Shown here in pieces: positions 38,509 through 47,908 of a stretch of 64,000 bases of DNA; within the stretch, counting starts at the first letter, position 1, and every line of letters starts with the position of its first letter. Source of the stretch: Candidatus Bathyarchaeum tardum (GTDB taxonomy: Archaea > Thermoproteota > Bathyarchaeia > Bathyarchaeales > Bathyarchaeaceae); contig CP122380.1 of the NCBI GenBank assembly GCA_024650005.2, forward strand, positions 64,001 to 128,000. Reading direction: 5' to 3'. The notes under the pieces were generated by a model. That model saw nothing but the letters and a program-made list of their open reading frames with translations, was not told where the DNA came from and did no database searches. The translations under genes were made by a program, and so were the position numbers.

Positions 38509-39840
38509 CTACCCTGTGGGTAAACCTTTTCCCCCGAAAAAGTTGGGCAATCGTTTTCGTCTGAAACTCTTCATCATCTTTTTCATTTGATTGTATTGGG
38601 TTAGTAGTTGTTTAACGTCTTTTTCTGTAGTGCCTGACCCACGGGCAACCCTACGGATTCGAGAAGATGAAAGAATTTTGGGTTTTTCTCGTTCCTTGAG
38701 GGTCATAGATTGGATGATTACGCGCCATTTTTTCAAAGCGTCTTCAGCTAGGTTCATTTGATCATCAGGAATGTTGTAACTCATTCCAGGAATCATCTTA
38801 AGTAGTCCCTTTAGGGGACCGACTTTTTTCATCGATTCAAACTGTTCATACATGTCGGTTAAAGTGAATTTTCCGCTCATAAAGGCGCGGGCTTTTTTTT
38901 CGGGCACTTTTACTTCTGCGTCTCGAACCTTGTCAACAAGGCTTTGAAGGTCACCCATCCCTAGTAATCGCCCTACGAACCGAGAAGGAATGAAGGCTTC
39001 AATGTCCTCAAGTTTTTCTCCGGAACTGATAAATTTTATTGGTGCACCAATAGCAGCAACCGCTGAAAGAGCACCGCCCCCCCTTGCAGAACCATCAAGT
39101 TTGGAAACAATAATTGAACCGATAGGCGTCGCGTCATGAAGGGCTTTGGCTTGTAGCGCCGCTTGTTGTCCTATGGTTCCGTCAATAACCAAGATCGCTT
39201 CGTCGGGTTTGATGACCTTTTCTAGACGTTTCATTTCGTCAATTAAACCTTTTTCTTCTTTATGTCGACCAGCAGTGTCGATTATAACCAAGTCATAGTC
39301 TTTGAATTGTTTCAGACCCCTCATGGCAATTTTTTCAGACTTTTTTTCATGAGGTTCACCATATACTGGGACATTTATTCTGCCGGCTAACTGTTTGAGT
39401 TGTTCGTAAGCTCCTGGTCTATAGGTGTCGGTACAAACTAGAGCAGTTTTTAGTCCTCGTTTTTGGAAATATTTTGCGAGTTTTCCAGTTGCGGTCGTTT
39501 TTCCAGAGCCTTGGATTCCTACCATCATGAGGACTTTTTGTTTTCCAGGTTCAATTTTTAGGGTGGCTGATTTTTCTCCTAAGAATCGGGTTAACTCTTC
39601 ATAGACTACTTTTACTACGTGTTCGCGTCTGGAAACGCCCGGGGGGACTTTTTCTTTTAGGGCGCGTTCTTCGATGTTTTTCGAGACTTCCAAAACCAGT
39701 TTGACATTAACATCTGCTTGAAGCAGGGCTCGTTGTATGTCACGAACAAGTTCTTTTACTGTTTTTTCGTCCATGACTGGCGCTTTGAATACTTTCTTTA
39801 AAGCGTCATTTAACGAAGAGCCTAGACGGTCCAGAACCAT
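38509..39840 (-). CDS. srp54: Signal recognition particle protein SRP54
   Basis: [37 protein letters not shown], Met-rich M domain. Confidence 0.97.
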   Translation of the reverse strand: MVLDRLGSSLNDALKKVFKAPVMDEKTVKELVRDIQRALLQADVNVKLVLEVSKNIEERALKEKVPPGVSRREHVVKVVYEELTRFLGEKSATLKIEPGKQKVLMMVGIQGSGKTTATGKLAKYFQKRGLKTALVCTDTYRPGAYEQLKQLAGRINVPVYGEPHEKKSEKIAMRGLKQFKDYDLVIIDTAGRHKEEKGLIDEMKRLEKVIKPDEAILVIDGTIGQQAALQAKALHDATPIGSIIVSKLDGSARGGGALSAVAAIGAPIKFISSGEKLEDIEAFIPSRFVGRLLGMGDLQSLVDKVRDAEVKVPEKKARAFMSGKFTLTDMYEQFESMKKVGPLKGLLKMIPGMSYNIPDDQMNLAEDALKKWRVIIQSMTLKEREKPKILSSSRIRRVARGSGTTEKDVKQLLTQYNQMKKMMKSFRRKRLPNFFGGKGLPTG

Positions 39841-40057
39841 TGATTAATTCCCAAGATAAAAAACAGGAGTTGCCGTTTATAGGTATTTAGTTTATCTCAG
39901 AAAGAGATTCAACAACAGACGTAACAAAACATGTTAACGTACATGTAAAAAGTAGACAACTAATAGGTACAGCAGAAAATTTTAGAAAAAGTTGCTCTTC
40001 AACATTTACTGCTAATAGAATACATATATGCTATACCAACGTGTTAAAAACAACAGT

Positions 40058-40537
40058 TTATGCTGAAATGCTGTTAATTGTTTTTTGTGCCCATGTTTTT
40101 GCTGCTGTTAGGTCGTTGTTGTCTGGGCGGCTGCTTCTTCTCATATTCCACTTGCCGTAGCTGCTAAAGAATCCGTCGATTACGATTTGGTTTTTTTGTT
40201 CTAAGATTGTTCGTACCTTGTCACTAACAGTTTCGTCGGTTTTCCCAGTGCCGCCCCAAGTTAAGAAAATTGCGAAGAGTTTAGAGTCGGGTAAATTAAG
40301 GGTGTTCAAGTAAGAAACCAGCTCGGGGAATGGGTTTCCAGCCCGGATGCCAGTCCCAACAAAGATTAAGTCATAATTAGTTAAATTAATATTTGGCATG
40401 GGGTCAGGGTTTGTAATTTGAAGGATATCAGAGTTTGTTTCTGATGCTATTGCTTCTGCAATTTTTTTGGTGTTGCCAGTTTTTGTAGAATATAAAACAA
40501 TAGATTTCATTGTTAACACCTGACAAAGGTTAATCAT
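40058..40537 (-). CDS. Flavodoxin family protein
   Basis: YSTKTGNTKKIAEAIA FMN loop, YDLIFVGT. Confidence 0.88.
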   Translation of the reverse strand: MINLCQVLTMKSIVLYSTKTGNTKKIAEAIASETNSDILQITNPDPMPNINLTNYDLIFVGTGIRAGNPFPELVSYLNTLNLPDSKLFAIFLTWGGTGKTDETVSDKVRTILEQKNQIVIDGFFSSYGKWNMRRSSRPDNNDLTAAKTWAQKTINSISA

Positions 40538-40657
40538 GTAAAGGGCGTGGTGATTTATTTTTTTATTCTTTTTTGCATTGAGTTGTGTAAGAAAAATACA
40601 CAGATGCAGAACAGAAGTTTATCTCAAGATTATGAAAAGTTTTAAACTATCCATGAG

Positions 40658-41425
40658 ATGTTATCTAAATGGGGAAATCTTTTGCAAGAATCGGTTACAA
40701 TCGTAGAGAAAGCCCCCATTCCGTCTGAGGCTAAAATGTTAATTGGTCTTCCTGATGTGGGGTTGGTGGGACTTATTGCAACATCGTATTTGATTACTGA
40801 ACTTAAGTTAGAAGAAATTGCATACATGGAATCGGATTTGCTTCCTCCGGTAGTTGTTTTACATAATGGCTTGCCCCATGCCCCATTACGAATCTATGGA
40901 AATAATAAACTGATTGCAGTTATTTCAGAGCTTGCGGTTCCAGCTCCGGCAGTGTATACTATAATGCAAGAATTAGTAGATTGGGCACAAACCAAGAAAG
41001 TTAAGCAAATAATTTCAATGGGTGGAATCCCAACAGAAAACCGGCAAACCATCAATACCCCTGAAGTTTTTGGAGCAGCTTCAAACCAGAAACTCCTTAA
41101 CAAAATAACAAAACAGGGATTAAAAGTCATGAATGAAGGCTATATTGTTGGTCCCCAAGCTCTAAGTATGAGATATAGTGTGGAAAAGAAAATGCAATCT
41201 ATCGCGCTTTTGGCTCAGTCCTTTTATAATTATCCGGACCCCCAAGCAGCAGCTATTGTACTTAAAGAGCTAGCAAAAATTTCGGATGTTACTGTTGATG
41301 TTACTAAACTTATGGAGAAGGGAGAAGAAATTAGGCTCAAAGCAAGGGACATAATGAAACGTACCCAACAAGAAATGAAACGCATGCAAAAATCTCAGGA
41401 ATATGATATGCCACTATACGTCTAG
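40658..41425 (+). CDS. PAC2 family proteasome assembly chaperone (second paralogue)
   Basis: IGLPDVGLVGLIA, PLRIY, YPDPQAAA; C-terminal HbYX motif LYV. Confidence 0.9.
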   Translation: MLSKWGNLLQESVTIVEKAPIPSEAKMLIGLPDVGLVGLIATSYLITELKLEEIAYMESDLLPPVVVLHNGLPHAPLRIYGNNKLIAVISELAVPAPAVYTIMQELVDWAQTKKVKQIISMGGIPTENRQTINTPEVFGAASNQKLLNKITKQGLKVMNEGYIVGPQALSMRYSVEKKMQSIALLAQSFYNYPDPQAAAIVLKELAKISDVTVDVTKLMEKGEEIRLKARDIMKRTQQEMKRMQKSQEYDMPLYV

Positions 41426-41437
41426 GAGAAATCAACG

Positions 41438-41878
41438 GTGGAAAGAAGAAAAAAAGGTTCAAGCTTTGAAGAAATGGAAGAATACTTGCAAAAAATTGAA
41501 GAATTAGCACAAGAAGTTATGGCAGCAGCGTTTCCTGAAGGTCCTAGCTGGAACACAGAAACTTGTTGTCTACATGCCTTATCAAACGTTTTCATTACTC
41601 CAAGGGAAGTTATTGTTACCGCAGATCTTCCAAACGTTGCACCAGAAACAGTGAAAGTAACAGCCATAAACGAAAAACATATCGAAATAATAGCAAAAAT
41701 GAAGAAAAAAGTAAACTTCAACGATTTAGGCATATGCCATAGACAAGGGGAGTTCTCGTTTTTGCATTGTCAAGGTCATCTGCAAGTAGACATTGACGCA
41801 GACAAAATGCAAATTAACTGTGAAGACGGAATACTAGAAGTACGGTTCCCAAGAAAAAACAGGCAAGAACTAGAATAA
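41438..41878 (+). CDS. Small heat shock protein (Hsp20/alpha-crystallin)
   Basis: VIVTADLPNV..ETVKV...DGILEVRFPR. Confidence 0.85.
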   Translation: MERRKKGSSFEEMEEYLQKIEELAQEVMAAAFPEGPSWNTETCCLHALSNVFITPREVIVTADLPNVAPETVKVTAINEKHIEIIAKMKKKVNFNDLGICHRQGEFSFLHCQGHLQVDIDADKMQINCEDGILEVRFPRKNRQELE

Positions 41879-41908
41879 CAAAATGTTGTGTTTAACAGAA
41901 AAGCCCAT

Positions 41909-42868
41909 TTACGATTTATTTTTTGTTACAGACTCCAACGCTGCAGCAACAATTAAAGGAAAAGCGATAGTTGCATCGCAGATAACGGTTACTTCTTTGC
42001 CTTCAGGTTTTACTTTTCCCCAACTGATTGCCTCTTTTAGGGTGGCTCCACTTAGACCCCCAGGTTCAGGGCGATCCATAGTAATCTGAATGGCACGGTC
42101 TACGCCTTCTCGGAAAGTGTTAGCAAACAAAGCATAATGTTTGGGCCAGCCACCGCCGAGGATTATCATTCCTACTTTTTTGGCGTCGTAAACAATGTCA
42201 ACTATTTTGTGAGTGTCACGAAGAGGGTTAAGTCTCAAGGTGTTATCTTGACCATACATCCACAGATGAAAACCAGCAATAGAGTCGACCAATCCAGGAC
42301 TGATAATAGGAACCCCCTTCTTTGCAGCAGTTGCAAGTATCGAGTTTGGGTCAGAAATATTTATTCCAAGTTCATAAAGAAGTTCGTTTGTGGATATATT
42401 TTCTCGAGTTTTCTCAGGAATTTTTGCTAAAATTTTGGTAATCCATTCTTCTAACCCTTTGAAGGCGTCTTGTTCAATATAGATGTCGCCGATTCTGCCG
42501 ATGTCTTGTTCCATTAATTCAGTGTCTTCAGCAAGAAAAGTTCCGATCCAGTGATGGTGCCCAATAGATTCAACCATATCATGTACCATGTTAGCGCCAG
42601 TAGTAACAACGGCGTGAACATAGCCTTGATCTATCAAATCCCTAATTATTTGGCGCATTCCACCCGGAACCAAAGCCCCAGCTAAGGTCAAAAATACAGT
42701 GTAGTCTTTGTCTGCAAACATTTCGGTTACAATTTCTGTTGCTTTACCAATGTTTCCTCCCCCGAGGACTCCGCATTCATTCATTTTGGAAACTAGGCTA
42801 CCAACTGTTTGAGTGTTATCAAGTTGAATGTGTTTTACACGCTTCAAAGTTATCAGCCACAAGTACAA
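41909..42868 (-). CDS. dys: Deoxyhypusine synthase
   Basis: VTTGANMVHD, GGGWPKH, GGLSGATLKEAISWGK (catalytic Lys retained); adjacent to aIF5A. Confidence 0.94.
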   Translation of the reverse strand: MYLWLITLKRVKHIQLDNTQTVGSLVSKMNECGVLGGGNIGKATEIVTEMFADKDYTVFLTLAGALVPGGMRQIIRDLIDQGYVHAVVTTGANMVHDMVESIGHHHWIGTFLAEDTELMEQDIGRIGDIYIEQDAFKGLEEWITKILAKIPEKTRENISTNELLYELGINISDPNSILATAAKKGVPIISPGLVDSIAGFHLWMYGQDNTLRLNPLRDTHKIVDIVYDAKKVGMIILGGGWPKHYALFANTFREGVDRAIQITMDRPEPGGLSGATLKEAISWGKVKPEGKEVTVICDATIAFPLIVAAALESVTKNKS

Positions 42869-42937
42869 GTGCTAAAAGTGCAATTAAGAACTAAAAAAGG
42901 TAGTTACATTACACAAAAAAGGATTTAAAAGGATTGT

Positions 42938-43333
42938 TTAGCCTTTTATTCGGGTTATTCTAGTTCGACCTAGAATGTGCCAGTATTCTACTTCAACGCC
43001 AGATTCGAGTTTAGATTTGATTTCTTCCTCTTCGGGGTAGGGTGATTCAGTCATTTCGTAGGATTCCAAGTTCATTAACTGAACAGCAGAAGGCAAAAGA
43101 GCAATAACTTGCCCAGTGCTTTTATCGATAATTGGAACATCAACCTGTGCACTTACAGGTTTTACGATTGTTTTTTTTGCTTCGTTAAATACGCCTATTG
43201 CTACGATTCGAGCCTTTGCAGCCCCATGTTTTCCAGGTTTGGATTTGCTGTAACTCACAATTTTACAGGGTTCATCATCAATGATTATGTAACTACCAAC
43301 TTTTAGTTCGCCAACATCCTTAGGTACGCTCAT
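42938..43333 (-). CDS. eif5a: Translation factor aIF5A
   Basis: [12 protein letters not shown] hypusine site. Confidence 0.97.
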   Translation of the reverse strand: MSVPKDVGELKVGSYIIIDDEPCKIVSYSKSKPGKHGAAKARIVAIGVFNEAKKTIVKPVSAQVDVPIIDKSTGQVIALLPSAVQLMNLESYEMTESPYPEEEEIKSKLESGVEVEYWHILGRTRITRIKG

Positions 43334-43501
43334 GGTAATTGTTCTCCTGCTAGAAGAATTTCACGCATTTCTTCGTTAATAATCTATCGCCTCAAAAAAC
43401 AAAAGAAAAACTCCAGTAACGTAAAATAAATCATACAACTCCTTATAATACGGAAAAAAATCCTAAAAAAGAAACAAAACTCCGATTAGAGGCATAAAAT
43501 A

Positions 43502-44059
43502 TTGAAACACAAAACCCTAGTTCTTGACACTTCCGCATTTATCGGTGGATTTGACCCGCTTTCATTTCCAGAAAAACAATACACAGTTGATGAAGTCAAA
43601 AACGAATTGAACCAAGAATCAATGATTTGGGTGCGTTTCCACACAGCAATTGAAAACGGAAAAATCATAATTTTGCAACCCAAAGAAATGTTTTCTCAAG
43701 AAGTTCGAGAAGCCTCCAAAAATTTGGGGGACATGCGTTACCTTTCCAAGGCAGACATGCAGGTTTTGGCATTGGCTTTAGAACTAAAATCTGAAGGGGC
43801 AACACCCTTAGTTATAACAGACGATTACTCAATGCAAAATGTCGCAAACAAAATTGAAGTAGAGTTCACATCATTAATGACCTTTGGAATAAAAAAGAGG
43901 TTCAAATGGATTTTATATTGCCCAGCATGTTACCACAAATATCCGTCTGACTATGAATTTAATTCTTGTGAAGTATGTGGAACTGAACTTAAACGAAAAC
44001 CACAGAAAAAATCACGGTTAAGAAAAACAAAGAAGAATGGCGCCGGGGATGGGATTTGA
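43502..44059 (+). CDS. nob1: Nob1 rRNA maturation endonuclease (PIN + Zn ribbon)
   Basis: VLDTSAFI, LSKADMQVLALA, TDDYSMQNVA, CPAC...CEVCG. Confidence 0.93.
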   Translation: MKHKTLVLDTSAFIGGFDPLSFPEKQYTVDEVKNELNQESMIWVRFHTAIENGKIIILQPKEMFSQEVREASKNLGDMRYLSKADMQVLALALELKSEGATPLVITDDYSMQNVANKIEVEFTSLMTFGIKKRFKWILYCPACYHKYPSDYEFNSCEVCGTELKRKPQKKSRLRKTKKNGAGDGI

Positions 44060-44147
44060 ACCCATGTGGCGCCAAGCACCACCGGTTTTCTTCTGACACA
44101 AAGTGCGTCATTTCGAGACCGGCACATTACCGCTCTGTCACCCCGGC
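44038..44147 (-). tRNA. tRNA-Ser(CGA) with 24-nt intron at 37/38 (44088-44111), CCA encoded
   Basis: GCCGGGG acceptor, CCGGT/ACCGG anticodon stem, CT-CGA-A then intron, long variable arm GGTGCTTGGCGCC, GGTTCAAATCC, G73. Confidence 0.92.
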
Positions 44148-44211
44148 ACAAAAAAGTAGAGCTTTTTACAGATTTAAAGCGCTTTCGCCCAAAGTCTTGC
44201 TAATCAAATAA

Positions 44212-45771
44212 TTACCCAAAAAAGGTTTGTATCTTTGCATTTTGTTTTTGAAGACAAATATGCTTCAACCAATTCTTGTCATCAGTGTTTGGAAAATCTT
44301 CTCGGTAATGGGTTCCACGACTTTCAGTTCGGGCATAAGCAGCAGTTGCAATGAGATTGGCTACAGTTACCATGTTAAGTAACTTAAGAAACCGCGTGTT
44401 TACTCCAACCCCACCAATAGAATTTAATCTTGAACGTAAACGATCCAGTTTTCTAAGCATCAAAATGATATTTTCTTCATTACGAATAATCCCGATGTAA
44501 TCCCACATAGATTTTCGTAAATCAGCTTTGAGGTAAGTTAGTTCTGGAGTGTCGATGTTTGCGAAACTTACAGTGTTCTGAGTTGATGTGTAAATCGAAT
44601 TTTTCAAATAATTTTTGGCTTTTTTTGCCCCCAAAGTAGAAAAAACCACAGACTCTAACAAAGAATTGCTAGCAAGCCTGTTAGCACCGTGAACTCCAGT
44701 GCAGGTGCATTCTCCAAATGTTAAAAGATTACCAACAGAAGTTTCACCATACTCGTTTGTTTTAATTCCTCCACAAAGATAATGAGTGGCAGGAGAAACA
44801 GGAATTAAATCTTTAGTAATGTCAAGATCATACTTCAAGCACTCATTGTAAATCATGGGAAAACGATCTAAAATAAATTCTTCACCTTTGTGACGAAAAT
44901 CCAAATAGACAGGTCCAGTTTTGAGTTCATTAAAAATTGTCCGAGCAATAATATCTCGAGGAGCTAGATCGCCCATGGGGTCATGTTCTAACATGAAACG
45001 TCTACCATCCTGGTTTACTAAAATTGCCCCTTCACCACGAAGAGACTCGGAAATCAAAAAATGAGGGGCGCCAAGCTTGTTTAAAGTCGTTGGATGAAAC
45101 TGCACAAACTCCATATCCTCAACAATAGCTCCAGCTCTGAATGCAATTGCTATGCCGTCTCCAGTTGCAATTTCAGGGTTTGAAGTGTTCAAGTAAAGAT
45201 AACCCACGCCCCCAGTTGCTAATACTGTTACCCGAGCAAAAATATCAAAGATACAACGTTTAGGAATGTCTAGCATTTTTGCTCCGAGGCATTTACCGTC
45301 TTTTATTAGAAGATCAACGGCGTAACAGTTTTCAAAAACTTGAATGTCCTTGTGTTCCCGAACATTTTCCGTCATTTTTTGCTCAATTTCTTTTCCGGTA
45401 GTATCCCCAGAATGAAGAACCCGGGCAATGCTATGACCCCCTTCTGTAGTTGAATGAAGAATATCATCTTCTGTGTCAAAATTTACCCCAAAAGAAAGAA
45501 GGTTTTGTATAGCTTCAGGACCATGTTCAGCAAGGATTTTTACCATTCGTTTGTTTGACAATCCAGAACCAACAGTCAAAGTGTCGTCGATATGAGACTG
45601 AATAGAGTCGTCTTTTCGGGTTACAGCAGCAATTCCACCCTGAGCAAGGTTGGTATTGGATTCCATAATTTCTTTTTTTGTTACAAGGGTTACTTCCCCA
45701 TATTTAGCAACTTTAAGGGCAAAATTTAATCCAGCAATACCGCTGCCGACAACTAAAAAATCAGTTTTCAA
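44212..45771 (-). CDS. nadB: L-aspartate oxidase
   Basis: GSGIAGL, SNTNLAQGGIA, EGGHS..RVLH, QFHPT, GVHGANRLASNSLLE. Confidence 0.95.
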   Translation of the reverse strand: MKTDFLVVGSGIAGLNFALKVAKYGEVTLVTKKEIMESNTNLAQGGIAAVTRKDDSIQSHIDDTLTVGSGLSNKRMVKILAEHGPEAIQNLLSFGVNFDTEDDILHSTTEGGHSIARVLHSGDTTGKEIEQKMTENVREHKDIQVFENCYAVDLLIKDGKCLGAKMLDIPKRCIFDIFARVTVLATGGVGYLYLNTSNPEIATGDGIAIAFRAGAIVEDMEFVQFHPTTLNKLGAPHFLISESLRGEGAILVNQDGRRFMLEHDPMGDLAPRDIIARTIFNELKTGPVYLDFRHKGEEFILDRFPMIYNECLKYDLDITKDLIPVSPATHYLCGGIKTNEYGETSVGNLLTFGECTCTGVHGANRLASNSLLESVVFSTLGAKKAKNYLKNSIYTSTQNTVSFANIDTPELTYLKADLRKSMWDYIGIIRNEENIILMLRKLDRLRSRLNSIGGVGVNTRFLKLLNMVTVANLIATAAYARTESRGTHYREDFPNTDDKNWLKHICLQKQNAKIQTFFG

Positions 45772-46724
45772 AGGGTCATCTCCAAACTCAGGTCTAAGAC
45801 TTTCACGGAATGAGTCAGATACCCCATGGACACTACATCAACCCCAGTTTTAGCGTATTCGTGCACATTTTTAGGAGTTATGTCACCTGAAGCTTCCAAT
45901 AATAGATTGTCGTAAAGGTTGCTTTCACGAAGAGTCTCCATAGTTTCTTGGATTAATGTAGGATTCATGTTGTCAAGCATAATAACACAAGGTTTTTTCA
46001 TTTTTAATACATCAAAAGTTTGAGCGGCAGTTAGAGCCTCTTCGTGAGATGTAACTTCAATTTCAACAAAATCGATATTATCTAAAAATTTTGATGCTCT
46101 AGTTAATGCAGTTTCAATGTAAGCAGTTATTCCTTCGTTTTTCAAGGCCTCCAAATGATTATCCTTGATTAAAATGGCATCCCAAAGACCAAAACGATGA
46201 GTTAAACCGCCACCCAAGAAAACTGCTTTCTTGTCAAGATAACGCAAAAGGGTCTTTCGCGTTGCAGCAATTTTGGTTTGATATTTTTTGAGGGAATCAA
46301 CTAAATGTTTAGTCTCTGTGGCGATTCCGGACATTCTTTGTAAAACGTTCAAACATATTCGTTCGGTTGATAGAATGTCTTTTTTCCCACCTTGAAGAGT
46401 TAAGACCAAATCGCCTTTATTCACTTTTCGTCCATCGTTTACATGAGCTTTAACTTCAAGACCATGTTTTTTTAGAAACCAACATGTTTCTGCAAGACCT
46501 GCAATAACTCCAACTGATTTTGTGTACAAAAAACCAGTCGTCAGTTTATTTTTTGTTAAAATTGCGTTACTAGTAATATCTCCTGTGTACACGTCGTCAT
46601 TGTATTCTCGATTAAAAAAACCGGTTAACCAACTAAGATAGTTCTCGTTGCTTAAGGTTAGTTTATTTCCTTTCTGGTAGGCGAGTTCAACAAGATTTTG
46701 CCTGTCCAAAACATCAAGCCACAT
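45768..46724 (-). CDS. nadC: Quinolinate phosphoribosyltransferase
   Basis: GDITS, ER..LN.LQRMSGIAT, TRKT, HRFGL.DAILIKDNH, IMLDN, EASG. Confidence 0.95.
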   Translation of the reverse strand: MWLDVLDRQNLVELAYQKGNKLTLSNENYLSWLTGFFNREYNDDVYTGDITSNAILTKNKLTTGFLYTKSVGVIAGLAETCWFLKKHGLEVKAHVNDGRKVNKGDLVLTLQGGKKDILSTERICLNVLQRMSGIATETKHLVDSLKKYQTKIAATRKTLLRYLDKKAVFLGGGLTHRFGLWDAILIKDNHLEALKNEGITAYIETALTRASKFLDNIDFVEIEVTSHEEALTAAQTFDVLKMKKPCVIMLDNMNPTLIQETMETLRESNLYDNLLLEASGDITPKNVHEYAKTGVDVVSMGYLTHSVKVLDLSLEMTL

Positions 46725-47664
46725 TCAACATTCTATCCAAAGCCTTCTTGGCCCTGACCCTTATATTTTCTGGAATTACGACTTTAAACTGCTCCTTTTC
46801 GAGGGAAGCTAAAACAAGCTCCAAAGTAGTTTTTTTCATTTGCAAACAAGTTCCCCCAGGAGGAGCTTGATAAAACGTTTTTTCTGGAAACATTTGCCGT
46901 AGCCGTTCAACCACACCAATTTCAGTAGCAATAATGAAAACATTATCTGAACTGCCTTTTACGTAGTTAATCATTCCAGTTGTGCTAAAAACTTCGTCAG
47001 CTAAATTCACAACTTCTGGAACACATTCTGGATGAACCAAAACTTTTGCATCCACATGTTTAACTTTAGCTTGGAAAATTCCCGCGGGGGAGAATTTGTT
47101 ATGAACATAACACCAGCCATTCCAAGGGATAATTTGTTTGTCAGTGTTGCGCATCACATAATTTGCCAAGTTAGAATCGGGAACAAAAATTACTTTTTTT
47201 CCAGCCAAAGAATTAACCACGTTAACGGCGTTTGCGCTGGTGCAGCAAATATCTGATTCTGCTTTAACTTCAGCAGTTGTATTGACATAACTCACAACAG
47301 AAGCATCAGGATGTTTAGCCTTTAATTCCCGTAAACCATCAACGTCAACCATTGCAGCCATTGGACAATTAGCTAGTTTTGTTGGAATTAAAACTATTTT
47401 TGTGGGATTTAAAATGTAAGCAGATTCAGCCATGAAATCAACACCACAGAAAACTATGATTTCTGCGTCAGTTTTTGTTGCTTGTTTGCTTAGTCCGTAA
47501 GAGTCACCAATGAAATCTGCAACTTCGTAAATTTCGGGTCGCTGATAAACGTGAGCTAAAATTACTGCATTTTTCTGTTTTTTTAGCCGGTTTATTTTTT
47601 CAATTAGGTTCTTTTGTTCCATTTGCCACACGCTTACCATAAAAACTAGAAGGCAATCTGACAA
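46714..47664 (-). CDS. nadA: Quinolinate synthase A (start probably ATG at 47622)
   Basis: ILAHVYQ, GDSYGL, FCGVDFMAE, YVNTTAEVKA, CYVH, HPEC. Confidence 0.95.
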   Translation of the reverse strand: MSDCLLVFMVSVWQMEQKNLIEKINRLKKQKNAVILAHVYQRPEIYEVADFIGDSYGLSKQATKTDAEIIVFCGVDFMAESAYILNPTKIVLIPTKLANCPMAAMVDVDGLRELKAKHPDASVVSYVNTTAEVKAESDICCTSANAVNVVNSLAGKKVIFVPDSNLANYVMRNTDKQIIPWNGWCYVHNKFSPAGIFQAKVKHVDAKVLVHPECVPEVVNLADEVFSTTGMINYVKGSSDNVFIIATEIGVVERLRQMFPEKTFYQAPPGGTCLQMKKTTLELVLASLEKEQFKVVIPENIRVRAKKALDRMLNVA

Positions 47665-47908
47665 TTAAATATATCAGGACCGTTTTGGAATTACAAGATC
47701 GCAGAATGTTTAGACCGTTATTGTAAATTTAACGAATCATAGAGGCATTAGAAAGAATATGAATACCTATTTCAGGAGGAGGATCAACAAAAGTTGACTA
47801 AAAAATAGTAATTTCAAAAACGTTTTGTTCAAATTTAAGAACAGAGTTAATAGGATACTTGGTGTATAATACCGTTTCAACAGAGGGATATAAACGACAC
47901 AAGAAATT

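Noticed and set aside
43951-44151. 66-aa minus-strand ORF
   Set aside because: It is a translation of the tRNA-Ser gene and the antisense of nob1
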